Origin: Chlorokybus atmophyticus
Lineage: Eukaryota > Plantae > Mesostigma and Chlorokybus algae
DNA: 50,040 bases
NCBI GenBank assembly: GCA_009103225.1
Contig: RHPI01003369.1
Coordinates: forward strand, 1,935,779 to 1,985,818
Reading direction: 5' to 3'
The notes under the pieces were generated by a model. That model was not told where the DNA came from, ran no database searches, and worked only from the letters and a program-made list of their open reading frames with translations. This document shows positions 23,333-36,479 of this stretch, one piece after another (within the stretch, counting starts at the first letter, position 1; each line of letters begins with the position of its first letter). Position numbers and translations under genes: made by a program.

Positions 23333-24200
23333 ATGGCATCAGCAAAGGTGTTTGGCACTCCGGACCTGCTAGGCAACACTTTTGCGTACTTGCACTCCGT
23401 GAACAATGGGTTGTTATACAAGCTTGCGCTGAATACTTTGCAAAATGTGTATCGCACCAATCCGGCGGGCAGCTTGAAAGGGGTTGATTACTCTGCTGAT
23501 GAGGGGAGTTCAGGAGGGGAGGGGCAATGAGTGGCTGTCTTGTGTTGCGCTGTGCACGTCCTGAAAGAGCCCATCCGGAGCGTACGCAATATTAACCATA
23601 ATGGCGCCTTTTTTGACAAAGTTGTTTGCTAACTTCTTGGAGGACATACTAGGCAACGAGTGCAATCCGCTTTGCAATGCACTCCTCAACGACACGCTCA
23701 GCATGTTCCGCCAGCTGTAACGCTTGAAGATAATGTAGGAGGGACAATTCGACAAGTTGCACAGGCCTTTGATCATGTCTGCATTGCCGGCGCTGCGCAA
23801 CTTGGTCAACATGAAGCTGAACGTGCTGAGTATGGAGGGGGAGACGTGGCAGTCGTTTCACCGCGTGATGGTCTATGGCTCCCTGCGAGTAGCGCACCTG
23901 CGGGTGCGCTTTGACTGGACGTGTGGCACACGTGATCACACTCATCCGATGCTTACCGGTTCAACTGGCCACAAAGCAAGCTACATACCCTTTCCATCTC
24001 CTTTTTGCCCCAACTGGACCATGATGATGCAAGCCACAATGCAATTGGCCTGAATCAGATCGCAACATTACGGAAGTTGTCAGTGGAAGGTCACGCCCTG
24101 ACCATGTCGGGATTGCCCCATGCCCTGGATGAGCTCCACCTTACTGGAGCCTTGTACAAGCTGAGGTCTTCCCATAGTTGCCCAGACTATTTGTAGACAC
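23333..24200 (+). pseudogene. Probable F-box-like / leucine-rich-repeat pseudogene
   Basis: MASAKVFGTPDLLGNTFAYL resembles an F-box start. LRR-like segments (TLSMFRQL*RLKIM, LPALRNLVNMKLNVL, LNQIATLRKLSVEG, LPHALDELHL) are spread over different frames with stops. Confidence 0.4.
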
Positions 24201-25926
24201 AAAGGCATTGATTAGGTGCACTCCGCCGCGGTACACGTATCTCATATCCGACGTCGGTAGTGCACAAGCTAATGAGTAATTCGCAACAACACTTCCCTTC
24301 ACAAAGATTGTAGGCCTTAGGCTTGACAAGAATAAAACGCCGCGCAACTGCGTGTGTTGCTACCTGCATAATTGTGAGGTTGATGAGTCGGTGCGTCAAG
24401 GAGGTTGTCGAGCTTTTCAATTGCTACCACTATTTGATGATATATAACACCGAGGGGAATCAATTTGCTATATACAATTGTTGACAAAGCAATACTACGC
24501 AGATCTTTGAGCATTTAAAACAGGTGTTGTCATTGCAAGCGTAATATGTCTTTAAGATATGGTTGAACAGATGTAATAAACGACTAGCTCGCTATACACT
24601 CCTAACACATGTTGATGAGTAGTGCATGTAGGACACAACAGATTGCTGCTGTTGCATGTGTGTGTTAGGGCCGTTGTTGCACTTGCATTGTGAACGCAAG
24701 AGTAATAATCTCTACTGTCATTAATACAGGTTTGCAAGAGTTAGACACAAGAAACAACAACCACAATTGTTTCAATCAGCATGCTGCTGTAGCTGCATAA
24801 GCATGATTGCAATAAACACGGAGTGCTTGTACAAACCTGGCACAAAACGCAATGCCAATCATGCCTCGATGCATGACCGCCTATGATGCATACTTTATGC
24901 AGCAATTGCTCTTCTGCTGCTTTGCATCTCAAACAAAAGCCAATGACTTGATACACAACGAGCAGGCATCCCATGCTGTTTCCACACTTTGTGAGCTTGT
25001 GTAGTACCGCTGCATGACATGTGCTTAAGCTTGCCAGCAATGCTTTGCAATGCAAGCACACCGACCGCACAGCGGATGAGCGAGTACGCTGCTTTAATTG
25101 TGCATTCAGCAAGTGTGAGGAAGTGGCACGCCTGTTGAGCATATTGCATTGTTGTGTATATACGTAATCGTTAAAACACGCATTTGTTGGGGTGCACATT
25201 AGCCAGCACGAGGCTGATCGGTGCCATATGCTGCATCACTTGTGAAGTGTCAATGCTGTGACATTGGGGCCGCATACGTGCTGCAAGTGGCAAAGCGCAA
25301 GTCATGCAATTTGCAAATATGACGTGTTTGAACAAGCACAGGTGCGATTTTGGTAGTTCGCAAATCCGAGGTTGATGGCATGTGATGGGACATGTCATAT
25401 GTTGGACGTTGTCAATGTGTGCTGACAAGTCAGCACACAGTGACAAGGCCTTGGGCCTTGACAATCATGTAGGCCAGGTTAGGAGAGCGGCAAGTGGTAT
25501 ATATGCTTAGTAGCATACTTCAGTAGGGATCGGAGTGGGTTCACCACTTAAGGGCCACTTGTGCGTGGGGTGCCTGGTTGTAGTTGTTGAAGAGGCTCTC
25601 CCCCTCGTCCCTTGTGGGGTGTGTGTGCCATTGGTGGGTGAGGACTGCACCTGTGTGTGTGTGGGAGCTGGTAGGGCTGGCGGTCATCCTCTCCTACCCG
25701 ACCCTGGTGCTACGTCTCCCATGCACAGTGTAGGCCATTTTGCGCGCTGATTTCTGCAGCGTTCGAGCGCGTTTTGCTGCGTCTTGCTGCATGCACATCT
25801 GCACTTGCGCGTGTGAGTGCGTGCAGCTGCATTTTGCTGCATCTTGCTGCATACACGTCTGCACTTGCGTGTGGTTGAATTCACGCTCATTTCATGCTTA
25901 TGCACTAGCTGCAGAAACCATCGACC

Positions 25927-27300
25927 ATGACTGACGGGGCTGTCAACGTTGCCAACCCGCTCGCGACTCAAGTTACGGAGCTGCGAAGCCAGATCCAGGC
26001 CATGTTGGCGGCCAACACGTTCATGAAGGAGCAGCACGACCAGCAGCTAGCCTAGTTGGTTGTAGCAAACGCCCATAAGACGACGGCTCGCCTTGAGTTG
26101 TTCTCTGGCACCCACGAGGGAAAGGCAAAGATCTTGGCGTGGCCGTGCGTGATTGGCTATCTGGCTGTAAGCGTGTGTTGCATGCCGCTGAGGTGTTGCC
26201 TATGCATGAGGCCAAAGCGGTGTCGCTTTTGGCATCCTACTTGCGCGGCAGTGCTACCCGTATGTGGGAGGGGGCTTTTGGGAGTCCACGTCCACAGGCT
26301 GTTGGCAAAGATGTCACGAGCTTTGATGTGTTCAAGAGTGTTATGTTGCAGGCCTATGAGGGTGTGAACCCCTCCTACAAGGCGCGTGACAAGCTGCATC
26401 GCTAAAAGTCAAGCCCGACTAGTCCATTGAAGACTTCACTGACTACTTCGAGTCGGTGTGTTGGCCCCGACATGCCTCTGTCAATAGTTGCACCATACGG
26501 CATACGGGTTTGCATTGCAAGTCCATGTATACGGGTATATACGGGTATGCAGTATGGGCCATCGATGCATACGGTAATAATATGTGCACATAATGCTGTT
26601 GAACTAGTGGTGATCCACGCTTTTTGCACTGCCCCACCGCGAGAACAATGCCCCTTTCCCCGAGGTTAGGGCCATTGCGCACCGCGCGCCATCGGCAATT
26701 CACAACTTGGTGACGCGCGGTGCAGAACAGCATGCAAATTGGGGCACAGGCATTGTTCTGGAGGTGGAACAAAAGGCCTTAACATACGCGCATGCAATAA
26801 GTATGCATTACAGTTTATATAATACGCGTATATACGCGTATGAAACGGACTTTGGAGCCGTATAGTGCAATTGTGCCTCTGTTTTAGGTGGAGAAGATGG
26901 ACAAGTATAAGGCCGCCCTTACGGAGGATACGGCAAAGCAACTAACCTTCAAGGAGGGAGTCGAGTCCTTTGTGCATGCCGACTTCGACTTGGTGAAGTA
27001 CACGGCCGTTTAAATATAACAACCAGAGCATGATCTACTAGGCCAAGAAGTTGACCATTATCAGCAACAATCAGCCCTCCTCGTCCACTCCCTCGGTGGG
27101 AGGTGGCAGTCGCAACAGCCGCAAGTGCGGCCGTCCTAACGGTAGAGGCAAGCAGCCCGCGCAGCCGGTCAACAAGAAGCGTGCACTCAGCATCCTGGGT
27201 GTCACCGCGGAGCTCAAGGGCGCTTGCTTCAAGGCCGGCTTGTGCCTCAAGTGTGGGGAGCTGGCCACCGTGTGCCATTCCGCCCCAATCCCTCCTCCGA
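25927..27300 (+). pseudogene. E3 Gag (Retrotrans_gag-like, decayed zinc knuckle)
   Basis: VRDWLSGCKRVL...AVSLLASYLRGSATRMW...KARDKLHR...EKMDKYKAAL; CFKAGLCLKCGE. Confidence 0.85.
26482..26873. mobile_element. Non-autonomous TIR element (MITE, 392 bp) in the E3 gag
   Basis: 9-bp duplication TGCCTCTGT (26473-26481, 26874-26882). Imperfect TIRs caa(tag)ttgcaccatacggc / gccgtatagtgcaattg. Excision restores GPDMPL..VEKMDKY. Confidence 0.88.
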
Positions 27301-27789
27301 CAAGCTTGTCGCATAGGAATTCGGGGTGGAGAACCGTTGAGGTAGCCCTGACTTGCGGTTTGCCAACTCCAAGTTGTTTTCTTGAAACTGATGACTGTTG
27401 GCAATTTGCAAGTTTCCCTGCTTTTATGTAATGTTGCTGTATGGGAAAACGATGTGGGTGTGCCTGTCGACGCCAAATTCTTAATGCATGACTGCGCAAG
27501 CAAGCAAGTGCTGCTCAACTCATGGACAAGTTGTTAACCGTTCTTAACTACTATGCTAAGTGCTCGCGAACGGTTGATAACTTGAGCAGGAGTGCGCATA
27601 ACACAAAGTGCATGTGTCATTGTGCCCAAGTATAGGGGACCATGGTCGTCCCCATATTAAGCTCATGCAAGTGTTGCATAAGATTGACAAGTCACACTCA
27701 GGCATAGTGTGTTCGCTGTGAGTCATGCATGACCCGCCGATTCTTCACCCGGGTAACCACTTGGACCTTATATGATTGTTCAGAGCGCT

Positions 27790-28040
27790 TGTCGCTCATA
27801 TAGCAGCTACTCCGGAACACCAGAGAACTTCATGCGTGAGTCTTTGGTGCGGCGCCTTGGCATCCATGTTAACGAAGCAAGCAAGGCGGTAGCCACGTTG
27901 GATGAGGGTGAGATCTCCGTACGTGGGTCTATGCTTTTGCCTCTGCGTGTGCAAAGCTATCGCGTCCAACTCATATATTAGGTTGTTGCAGTAGAGATAC
28001 CAGGCATTGATGTCATTTTCGGTGCTCGTTAGGAGCGTGC
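27790..28040 (+). pseudogene. E3 aspartic protease remnant
   Basis: YSGTPENFMRESLVRRLGI ... IPGIDVIFG. Confidence 0.65.
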
Positions 28041-28349
28041 TGATAGTCTACGCACTGGCCTTTGCAGCGTACGCAAAGGGCGAGGGCGTGTGACCTTGCG
28101 GGCAGATGGGTGTAATGCAACACCCCCTCCCATTGACGCATCATGTGATGTGTTCCCCCTTTTATTAACTTTCAAGCAGGTGAAAAGAGTTGTGCGGAAG
28201 GGTGCTGAGCCTTTTCAGGTCCTGGTTGAGCCATTTGCCACACAAGCGGATTCCACTTCTGCTGGTGAGTCTGTACTCAAATTCAAACAGCAGGATATTG
28301 CACTACATGCTCTGCTGCATGAGTATTCTGATGTGTTCGGAGCCGAGTT

Positions 28350-29640
28350 GCCTTAGTTGCCATCGAAGCGGGAAGTGTGGCACATCATCCATCTCGCCTT
28401 GGATGGATAACCTTCATTTCAATATGTGTATAGGTTGAGGGAGACCAGCAAAGTTTGCGGACATGGAGAGGCGGATTATGGCCTTGCTTGAGAAGGGATA
28501 GAGCCAAGTAGCTCTCCCTTCGGAACACCTATCCTATGTGTACCTGAGAAGGCTACGCATGTGCATGGATTATAAGGCCTTCAACAAGCTGATCAGTAAA
28601 ATTAGGTATCCGCTATCAAAGATAGATGATTTACTTTATCAACTGAGCGGAGCCCCGGTGTTCAATTCCTAGGATTGGATCAGTGGGTATCATAAGATCC
28701 ATATTACACCGAAAGATGTGCAAAAAACAGCGCTTCGTACGCCGTTTGGCCACTTTCAATACAAAGCGCAACCTTTTGGGCTGACGAATGCGCCAGCCAT
28801 GCTTTAAGCTATGATGAACCGTGTGTTTCACAAGCTCATCGGGAAGATATTACTTGTATACTTGGATGACATCATGGTCTTTAGTAAACCCAAAGTCGCA
28901 TGTTGCACATGTACGTGAATTGTTGGAAACGCTGCGTGCGAACCAAGTTTTTGCTTACATGCCCAAATGTGAGTTTGGGAAAACGGAACTTGAGTTCTTG
29001 GGGCACATCGTAAGCCAGAAGGACGTGCGCCTGGATTTCAATAAAGTTGCCAAGGTTAAAGAGCGGCCGGCTCCTCGAAATGTGCATGAGGTACGTGCAT
29101 TCTTGGGGTCGAGCAATTATATCCGTAAATACATCCTTGGATACTCATCACGGGTTGCTCCACTCACAAACTTGATGCGTGACAAAATCGTGTGGCGGTG
29201 GGCACAAAGGCAGGAGGACGCTTTGAAGTGTATTAAAGAGGCGTTAGTGACGGCACCAATGTTACAGCTGCCGGACTTCATTACACCCTTTAAAGTAATC
29301 TCAGATGCATTCATGGTTGGCACTGGTGCTGTAATGCTCCAGAATGGGCACGCGCAGCAAGAAAGTCTCTCCAATCGAGAGAAATTTTATAACAACTGAG
29401 TAAAAGTCGTTGGGGGTAGTCCATGCGCTACAGGAGTGGCGCTGCTATCCAGAGGGGGTTTACAATGGTCATGGACACCAACCCCCTTGATTTCTTTCAA
29501 ACCCAACCAACCTTGTCGCGGAGGCAATCGAGGAGGGGTGAGTTCTTATCGCGTTTCAACTTGACTCAGGTGTACAGACTAGATAGGGTGAACGTGGCAG
29601 ACCCCTTGAGCCGCATACCGTTATTACTGGCAGCGACAAC
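28350..29640 (+). pseudogene. E3 RT and RNase H
   Basis: RMCMDYKAFNK, PFGLTNAPA, VYLDDIMVFS, EFLGHIV, VRAFLG, PFKVISDA, NVADPLSR. Confidence 0.92.
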
Positions 29641-29899
29641 ACGTGCACGCATCTAAGGATGGGCACAGTCAAGTTTTAGTGATGCTAGTACTTGCGAGTT
29701 GCCAACTGCGCTTGAAAGAGCTGTGAATGAGTCACTAGTGGCAATCCATGAGCCTGTGGCTTGCAATATGCTAACTGCATGCGAAGCAGCAAGCAGTGGC
29801 ACATCAATGGCAGTTCGCAATGCAAGTGGGGAGGACCCACTGGACGTTGATGTAGAGGACATCATTAAACGTCTACCGCAAGCCTATGCACTTGACAAC

Positions 29900-31100
29900 T
29901 AGGTTGTTGGGTTTTTGAAGCAAGCGGACGACAAGATCAGCTGCCATAAGGATTATGGCAGCTGATCTTGTGCTCCGAAGGCAAAATGATAGTGCCAAAT
30001 GCACTCAGCCTTATGTAAGAGTGTCTACACGAGGCAGTATGCAGTGGTCACATGGGCATGATCAAGACCATCAAGCTACTGCAGCGACAACAATACTGAC
30101 GGCCGACTTTAATTGCTGACGCAACCAAGTAAGTCCAGTGTTGTAACACTTGTTAATGTGACAAGGTCTCACACCGCAAGCCAACAGGCTTGTTGAAGCC
30201 GCTAGCTATCCCAAGTTACCAATCGGAGAGTGTGAGCAGGAATTCAATTACAGATCTATTAGAGACCTAGCAAAGGCATGATGCTATTATTGTGTTTGTC
30301 AATCAATAGACCAAGATGGTTCGGTTTGCACCGTATCGCACAAACATAAACGCGTAAAAGTTTGCGTACGCTTATATGAACACCATATTTAAATTACGTG
30401 GCGTGCCGAAAGACTTGGTGTCCGACCGTGATCCCGAGTTCACCTGTCAGTGTTAGCTAGCCGTGTGCCACTGCTTGGGAACCAAGCAGTGCTTGGGAAC
30501 CAAGCAGAGCTTGGGCACCAAGCAGAGCTTGGGCAATGCTTATCACCTGCAGAGTAATGAACAGACGGTGCGCGCAAACAAGGTGCTGAAGGACGTACTT
30601 CGTCACTACACTTTACTCAGGTTTGATAATTGGGATGTGCACCTAGCATTAGCAGACTTTGTTGTGAACAATGCATGGCAAGAGTCATTGCACAGCACTC
30701 CATTTCGTGTAAACTATGGCCGTCATCTGTTGACTCCCGTGTCTCTGAAAGTTCAGGCGTTCAGCAAAGTGCAAACGGCTAGAGACTTCACTGAGTAAAT
30801 GCATGATGCATTAGCAGTGCAACTTAATGTCTGAGAGCAGCCCAATATTGGCAGAAGATGAATGCCGATTGGCAGGGCAGCCCCTGATATGGTCTCGCAA
30901 TTGGGGATAAAGTCTTGCTAAGTTTAAAAAAGAACATTATACTTAAGACGAGCGGTGTCCGCAAGTTGCTACCTAGGTTGCTGTGGCCGTATACAATCTG
31001 CGCCGCTGTTGGTGAGCATGGCTTTTGGCTCAAGTTGCCAAAGGGTATGGGCGTGCACAATGTGTGTCATGAAGCACTGTTGAAGCCATACAAAAGTGAG
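29900..31100 (+). pseudogene. E3 integrase
   Basis: KPTGLLKPL, GVPKDLVSDRDPEF, GNAYHLQSNEQTVRAN, FVVNNAWQESLHSTPFRVNYG, KLLPRLLWPY, VHNVCHEALLKPY. Confidence 0.9.
30473..30535 (+). repeat. 18-bp tandem repeat (3.5 copies) within the E3 integrase
   Basis: gcttggg(a/c)accaagcag(t/a) units that translate as LGTKQC/LGTKQS. Confidence 0.9.
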
Positions 31101-31151
31101 GGCCCAGTGCAGGCGCCTCCACCTCCAGTTAAGGTAGAGGGTGACCTTGAA

Positions 31152-31290
31152 TACGAGGTCGAGGCTGTGGTTGGCAAGCGGTTTTGAAAGTACAAGAAAA
31201 TCTTTCGGGCTAAATATCTTGTCAAGTGGCTTGGTTACGCCGAAGTGCATGACACCTGGGAGCCAAATAAAAACTTGACAACCTGTGCTG
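31152..31290 (+). pseudogene. E3 chromodomain
   Basis: YEVEAVVGKR...KYLVKWLGYAEVHDTWEPNKNL. Confidence 0.92.
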
Positions 31291-33706
31291 TTAAGTTGGG
31301 CGAGTTTGAGAGTGAACTCACATCCACGGATGCCATTTGAGAGCATGTGCTCGGTTGCAACACATTCATGTGCAAATTTTTCTTTTTATGTGACATGCCA
31401 ACAAGCGCGCACTGGTACCTAGTGTCAGAGTTAGTTGTCACTCTAACGACTTGCGTTTTGTCTTATGTGTAGTGTGCGATAGTTCAGTAGGGCTGCCACC
31501 GTAGCTGGCCATTATCGTGCGGGACATAAGTCCCAGTCTTTGCATGGAAGTTGCAATGCACATGGGGAGCATTGTAACGCCAAAGGGCTGGCGAAAGTCA
31601 CTTTCAGTTTCTTACTTATGTGGTAAGTAAGAGGGACCAAGTGAGGATTTCGCATGCCTTGGCATGTGTGCCCCATATTTATAATGCTATTCGTATTTTA
31701 AACGGCACAACCTTTTAAGGAAAGAAAGAGCGGCGCTAAGATAAGTACATGATGGTTACATATACTCTTTGATGTAACATGTAGGCGATGATAGATACGC
31801 AAACAGACACGTGTATAGAATGATTACTTAATGACTTTACACATAGCATTATATTTGCATTGTAACACCGGCAAACGCAATCTTGTTAAAAACATGCTAG
31901 CGTTTATGTAGAGAAATGTACACGAGCTTTAAGTATGAAGGCTGCATATACATGTATATGTACCATGTTCAATAAAGCTGTCACAACTTGAACATGTGTG
32001 TCTTATAATACACACTGGTATACTTGCAAGCACAGACGCACTTTTCACTGCCGCTTTATGGCACCACGCATGATACGACAATATGGATTTATGCATAGCA
32101 ACGATGTCGCTGATGCGTCGGGGCATGTTCATTACCAACATGCTCTATCGCATTATAGTTGATCATTGATAATCAGAGATGATTACAAACGATGCGCATC
32201 ACGGATGATCACACACACATATGATGCGCACCTGTTGCGCTTGCATATTCTGTTCACTATGTTTCTTCAGGCTGCGAGCCCAAATGAAGTGTATTGCGTG
32301 TATCATGTCTTGCAATGGCAAATTTCATTAAGATATATGCACTATTTGTGTTATGCTAGATACATCACATAAAGACAATTGATCATATTATGGCTGCACA
32401 ACAGACACCGACGTTTGAATAACGCATTTTGCTTGTGAGGATATTGCAATAAATGGCATTATCGCTCTTGTAACTGGTTGTGGTTTGAGTATCATGTGCA
32501 GGGTGAAGCACCACATTATTTATTAACACCCCAAAAGGTATGTGACTTGCGTAATAGCTATATTATACTATTGTGGACTCTAATTGACAGCTGGTAGTGT
32601 GCTACATAAGTATCCATGTGCACCCTAATAGACAATGACGGCTCTCACACCATATAAATTGGTAAGGAGACATGTCATAACGGAACAGTGTTTTAATGTA
32701 TTATAAAAGTTTATGAAGCCTTCCGTTGTCATAAAAAGTTTATGAAACCATTGAGTGTATCAAAAAGTGACGAGATTAAGACCGTAAAAGCACTACATGC
32801 AATGAGACAGTCTGCTGCTTCTAAGTTGAACTTAAACGGGCGTGTTGTTGCAAATGATGTATGACACAAATATTAAGAGTGTCTTCCCATATTTCTCACC
32901 ATATTCTTTGAGCAGCATCATGCAAGCGGATATAGCTAAACCAAGTTGCTGGCACAATCATTACGACAATAACAGTTAAGTGATGAACTACTCGAGCAGC
33001 ATCACGTCTTTGGTTGGCGTGTCTTGCCGGGCATCCAATGAATATGACGTCTTAAATTCAACAGCGGTAATGCATACCTGCGTGAACGTGGCATGGGATA
33101 GCTTCACATGGATAAGAGAGCAGTTACAGCGCTTGCAAGACTACGCGGTAAAATGTAAATACCCCCGCTGTGCACGTTGTCACGCAATGCAATGAGCACG
33201 TCATCAGCAACGTTACAAACGTGTTCTTGTTTGTTGTTTTGCAAACGGCAATGTGACGTGCTGCTTATTGACCGTCAACATGCGCATGCAAACATATAAT
33301 TAGATGACTCACGCGGTGCTCACAAAAGTGCATGCTACGTGCCATTGCCGGTAAACCATTTGGAAGGTTTATGTTGAACATGTGACAAATCCTAACTAGA
33401 AAGGCAGATTTTGGGTAACATGACTGGTCATGTGCACACCAAGTTAAGGGTACCACTTTTGCTTGCACGTAAACAATATGCAACTGTTTACTTTGTCGTG
33501 CAAGCAGGCCTCGACTGAGGGGTGGGTATCGCAGTGGGTTGCGTACGCGGATGTGTACAAATGTCAAGAATGATGAATGGGCAGCTTGCAAGTGGTCAAG
33601 CCAACGACACCGAAGCTGTGTGTAGCAGCGAGTACGGGGGACAGTGGGGAGGAAAACCAATTGTGTGATACCCTGAGCTTGACCGGGGTGGTAGTTACTC
33701 AACAAG

Positions 33707-34560
33707 CTCCGGCGCTTATCCCTACGCTGCGCGGCCTGAAATTTGGCCAGGGCAGAGGGTACCGCAGCTCTGAGCAGGTTGGCGCGGGCTGTCAGCACTT
33801 CCATCATGTGGGTGGGTTTGTTAATGATGTCCTCAATTGCTGTAGCATGGCGGACGCGGAAAGGGAGCAACGGCTCCCTGCCGTACATGAGGAAGTACGG
33901 GCTGAAGGAGCGTAGTGCCGCCTGCCGGGTGCAACGGTAGCCGAGGGCAAGCCAAGGCAGGAATTCGTCCCACTCATCCTGCGGATGGGTGACACAATAG
34001 CGCCGGAGTGCCTTCTTAACTGTCTGTACCATTTGTTTTGCAAGCCCGTTAGCTTGAGGGTGATCGCGGCTAGTGCGGCGGTGATCGATTAACGAGCAAT
34101 TGAGGTAGACGTCGAATTCTCCCTGGAATTCAGTCGAATTCTACCCTGGTCGGTGAGGAGTTCGGCACAGGCGCCGAACCTGCTGAGTATGATCAAGGAA
34201 GACCTGCGTCACGGTTGCGGCCGACTTGTCGGGCAGGGGGATGAGTTTGACCCACTTGCTGAAGTGCTCAATGGCAACGAGGATGTATACGTTACCACGG
34301 CGGGTAATGGGCAGCTCGCCTGCCAAGTTCATGCTCCAACGATAACAAAGGCCCATGATGGGCAGCGGGTGAAGCTGGAGATGGCGATGCGAGAAGCTGG
34401 CACGGATACGGTCACATGACTTGCATTGCCGGAGCACGTCAGCGACATTGCGTGTGAGCCCGTCCCACCAGTAATCGCTGCGCACCATGTTGGCTGTGCG
34501 CTTCATTCCGAAGTGGCTTTGGTGGTGGTGGAGGTTGGCGATGATGGATGCTCGTCGATG
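33707..34560 (-). pseudogene. E2 integrase, C-terminus deleted
   Basis: HHHQSHFGMKRT...YWW...CKSC, RWSMNLAG, IEHFSKW, TDQGREF, HPQANGLAKQMVQT, FSPYFLMYGR. Homology stops abruptly after AQRRDKRR. Confidence 0.92.
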
Positions 34561-34899
34561 AGGCTGGGGTACCTCCTTGCGCTGACCGTCGTTCATAATG
34601 CGCCAAAGGGTGTCGTTACTCCAGGTGTAGTTATTGGCCCGATGCTGTGCACGATCGACTTCCTTGTGGTCGAGCCCACCGGGTAAGGTCCCTGTCTTCA
34701 CCAGCTGTAGAGTAGGGGCATCGGTACAAATATCTCCCTCAGATGCAGGAGGTAGGGTGGCACGGAGCACGGGGTTGCGTGCTTCTGCGCGCATACCAGC
34801 TGCCACAATTAGCACGGAGTGCTGGTGGGGAGTGTCACCGTCGTATCGGGCGCCGGTGATGTCCACAATGTCGGGGTTGGGGTTGCGACTCAAGCCGTC

Positions 34900-36200
34900 G
34901 GCATCGGTGTTGATGACGCCAGGCTTGTGCGTGATGGTGAAATCATACTCTTGTAGCAGCAAGGCCCAACGGGCGTGCTTATCAGTCAACTTCTTGCTGG
35001 CGAGGAGCCATTAAAGAGGTTGATGGTCCGTTACCAATTTGAACTGGTAACCGAAGAGGAATGGCCGGAATAACTGAATGGCCCAGACCGCTGCAAGCTG
35101 CTCCCCTCTGTAGCTGCTATAGTTGGCTTTAGCAGCGTTATTGCTCCGACTGACGTAAGCAATAACTTGTTCCTTGCCCTCGTCATTCTTCTGACATAAC
35201 ACAGCTCCTAGCCCAAGTCGACTCCAGTCGGTGTGGAGGATGAATGGCTTGCTGTAGTCGGGGCGTGCCAATACGGGGGCGGACTGAAGATGGCTCTTGA
35301 GTGCCTTAAACGCCTGCTGCTCAGCTTCGCCCCAGTGCCAAGTGATTGCCTTCTTTAGCAGGTCGTTGAGGGGCTTGGCTATCCTCGAGAAGCTCAGCAC
35401 GAACCTATAATAGTAGTTGGCCAGGCCAAGGAAAGCGCATAGCCGCGAAATGTCGGTAGCGGGTGGCACCTTCAGTAATGCGTCCACTTTTGCCCGCTGC
35501 ACCATAACATCGTTAGGGACGATGAGGTGGCCGAGGTAAGGGATCTTGTCGGCGAAGAAGGTGCATTTCTCAGGGTGGGCCATGAGATTGTGTGCCTTCA
35601 GTCGCTTTAACACCTCCTTGATGTGCTGTAGGTGGGACTCTGCAGTGTGGCTGAAGATGAGAATATCAGCAATGTAGCACTTGGAGTGGTCCAGCCCGCG
35701 TAGGGTGCGGTTCATGACGCGTTGGAAGACAGCTGGTGCGTTCTTCAGCCCGAACGGCATAACCTTCCACTGGTAGAGGGTCCAATTGCCCCAGAAGGCG
35801 GTCTTGCACTTGTGGTCATCCCGCATGCCGAATTGGTGGAAACCAGAGCGCATGTCGAGGACTGAGAAGTATCTGCAAGTTCCAACGCTGTCGAAGATTT
35901 CGTCTGGCGTGTACATGCGGTAGCGGTCAAGCACCGTGTGGGTGTCAAGGTTGCGGTAATCTCCGCACATACGGCGTTGTGTCCACTGCCCGTGCTCGTC
36001 CTTTTTCAATGGCATGACGGTGGCCGCAGCGTACCGAGTGCTAGGGGCTGCTTCCTTGATAAGGCTGGCGTCCAGCAGCTTCTTGCAGTTGGTCTCGATA
36101 AGTTCGGTTTCCACCTTGGCCAGAGAGTGCTACTTGCTGAAGATGGGGCTGGTGGTGTCCAGCTCTATGGTGAAGTCGTGGAAATTACACTTGCCCAAGT
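34900..36200 (-). pseudogene. E2 RT and RNase H (367-aa open stretch 36114-35011)
   Basis: RRMCGDYRNL, FSVLDMRSGFHQ, MPFGLKNAPAVFQRVM, YIADILIF (YIDD decayed), PYLGH, PFILHTDWSRLGLGAVL, TDHQPL, ARWALLLQEYDF. Confidence 0.95.
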
Positions 36201-36479
36201 CCTTGAGGGAGTGTGCGAACTGCGACTTGTGATCTTGCAAGAGGGTTTTCAACTGATCCGCGATGTTGCCAGAGGCCATACAGCCGATTCTCCACCCTTC
36301 CTGCTCGGGCTCATCCGTGTGAGGGATGTCCAATGCTTCCTCAAAAGCCTCAAGTTCGGTGCTGTGGATCGCCATGGAGACGAATGACGGGTCCCTGATT
36401 TCAACGGACTCTCCCCCCCCAGGTTATGCCTGGGGCTGAGTCTTGGCTAGTAGCTGTCCTGCAGGGCCAAGAAGGTCTC

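Larger units (their letters stand above)
25927..31340 (+). mobile_element. E3: degraded chromovirus (Ty3/Gypsy with chromodomain). No LTR pair could be identified
   Basis: Order Gag-PR-RT-RH-IN-chromodomain, with many stops and frameshifts. A possible PPT (ggggagcat/TGTAAC) lies near 31564-31578. Confidence 0.92.

Noticed and set aside
31573-31700. 3' LTR of chromovirus E3 starting TGTAAC
   Set aside because: A PPT-like sequence precedes it, but no matching copy exists upstream of gag.
31600-33490. AT-rich stretch as a viral or horizontally acquired insert
   Set aside because: No intact ORF or recognisable motif. Similar AT-rich intergenic tracts occur at 1.2-2.3 kb and 3.2-3.9 kb.
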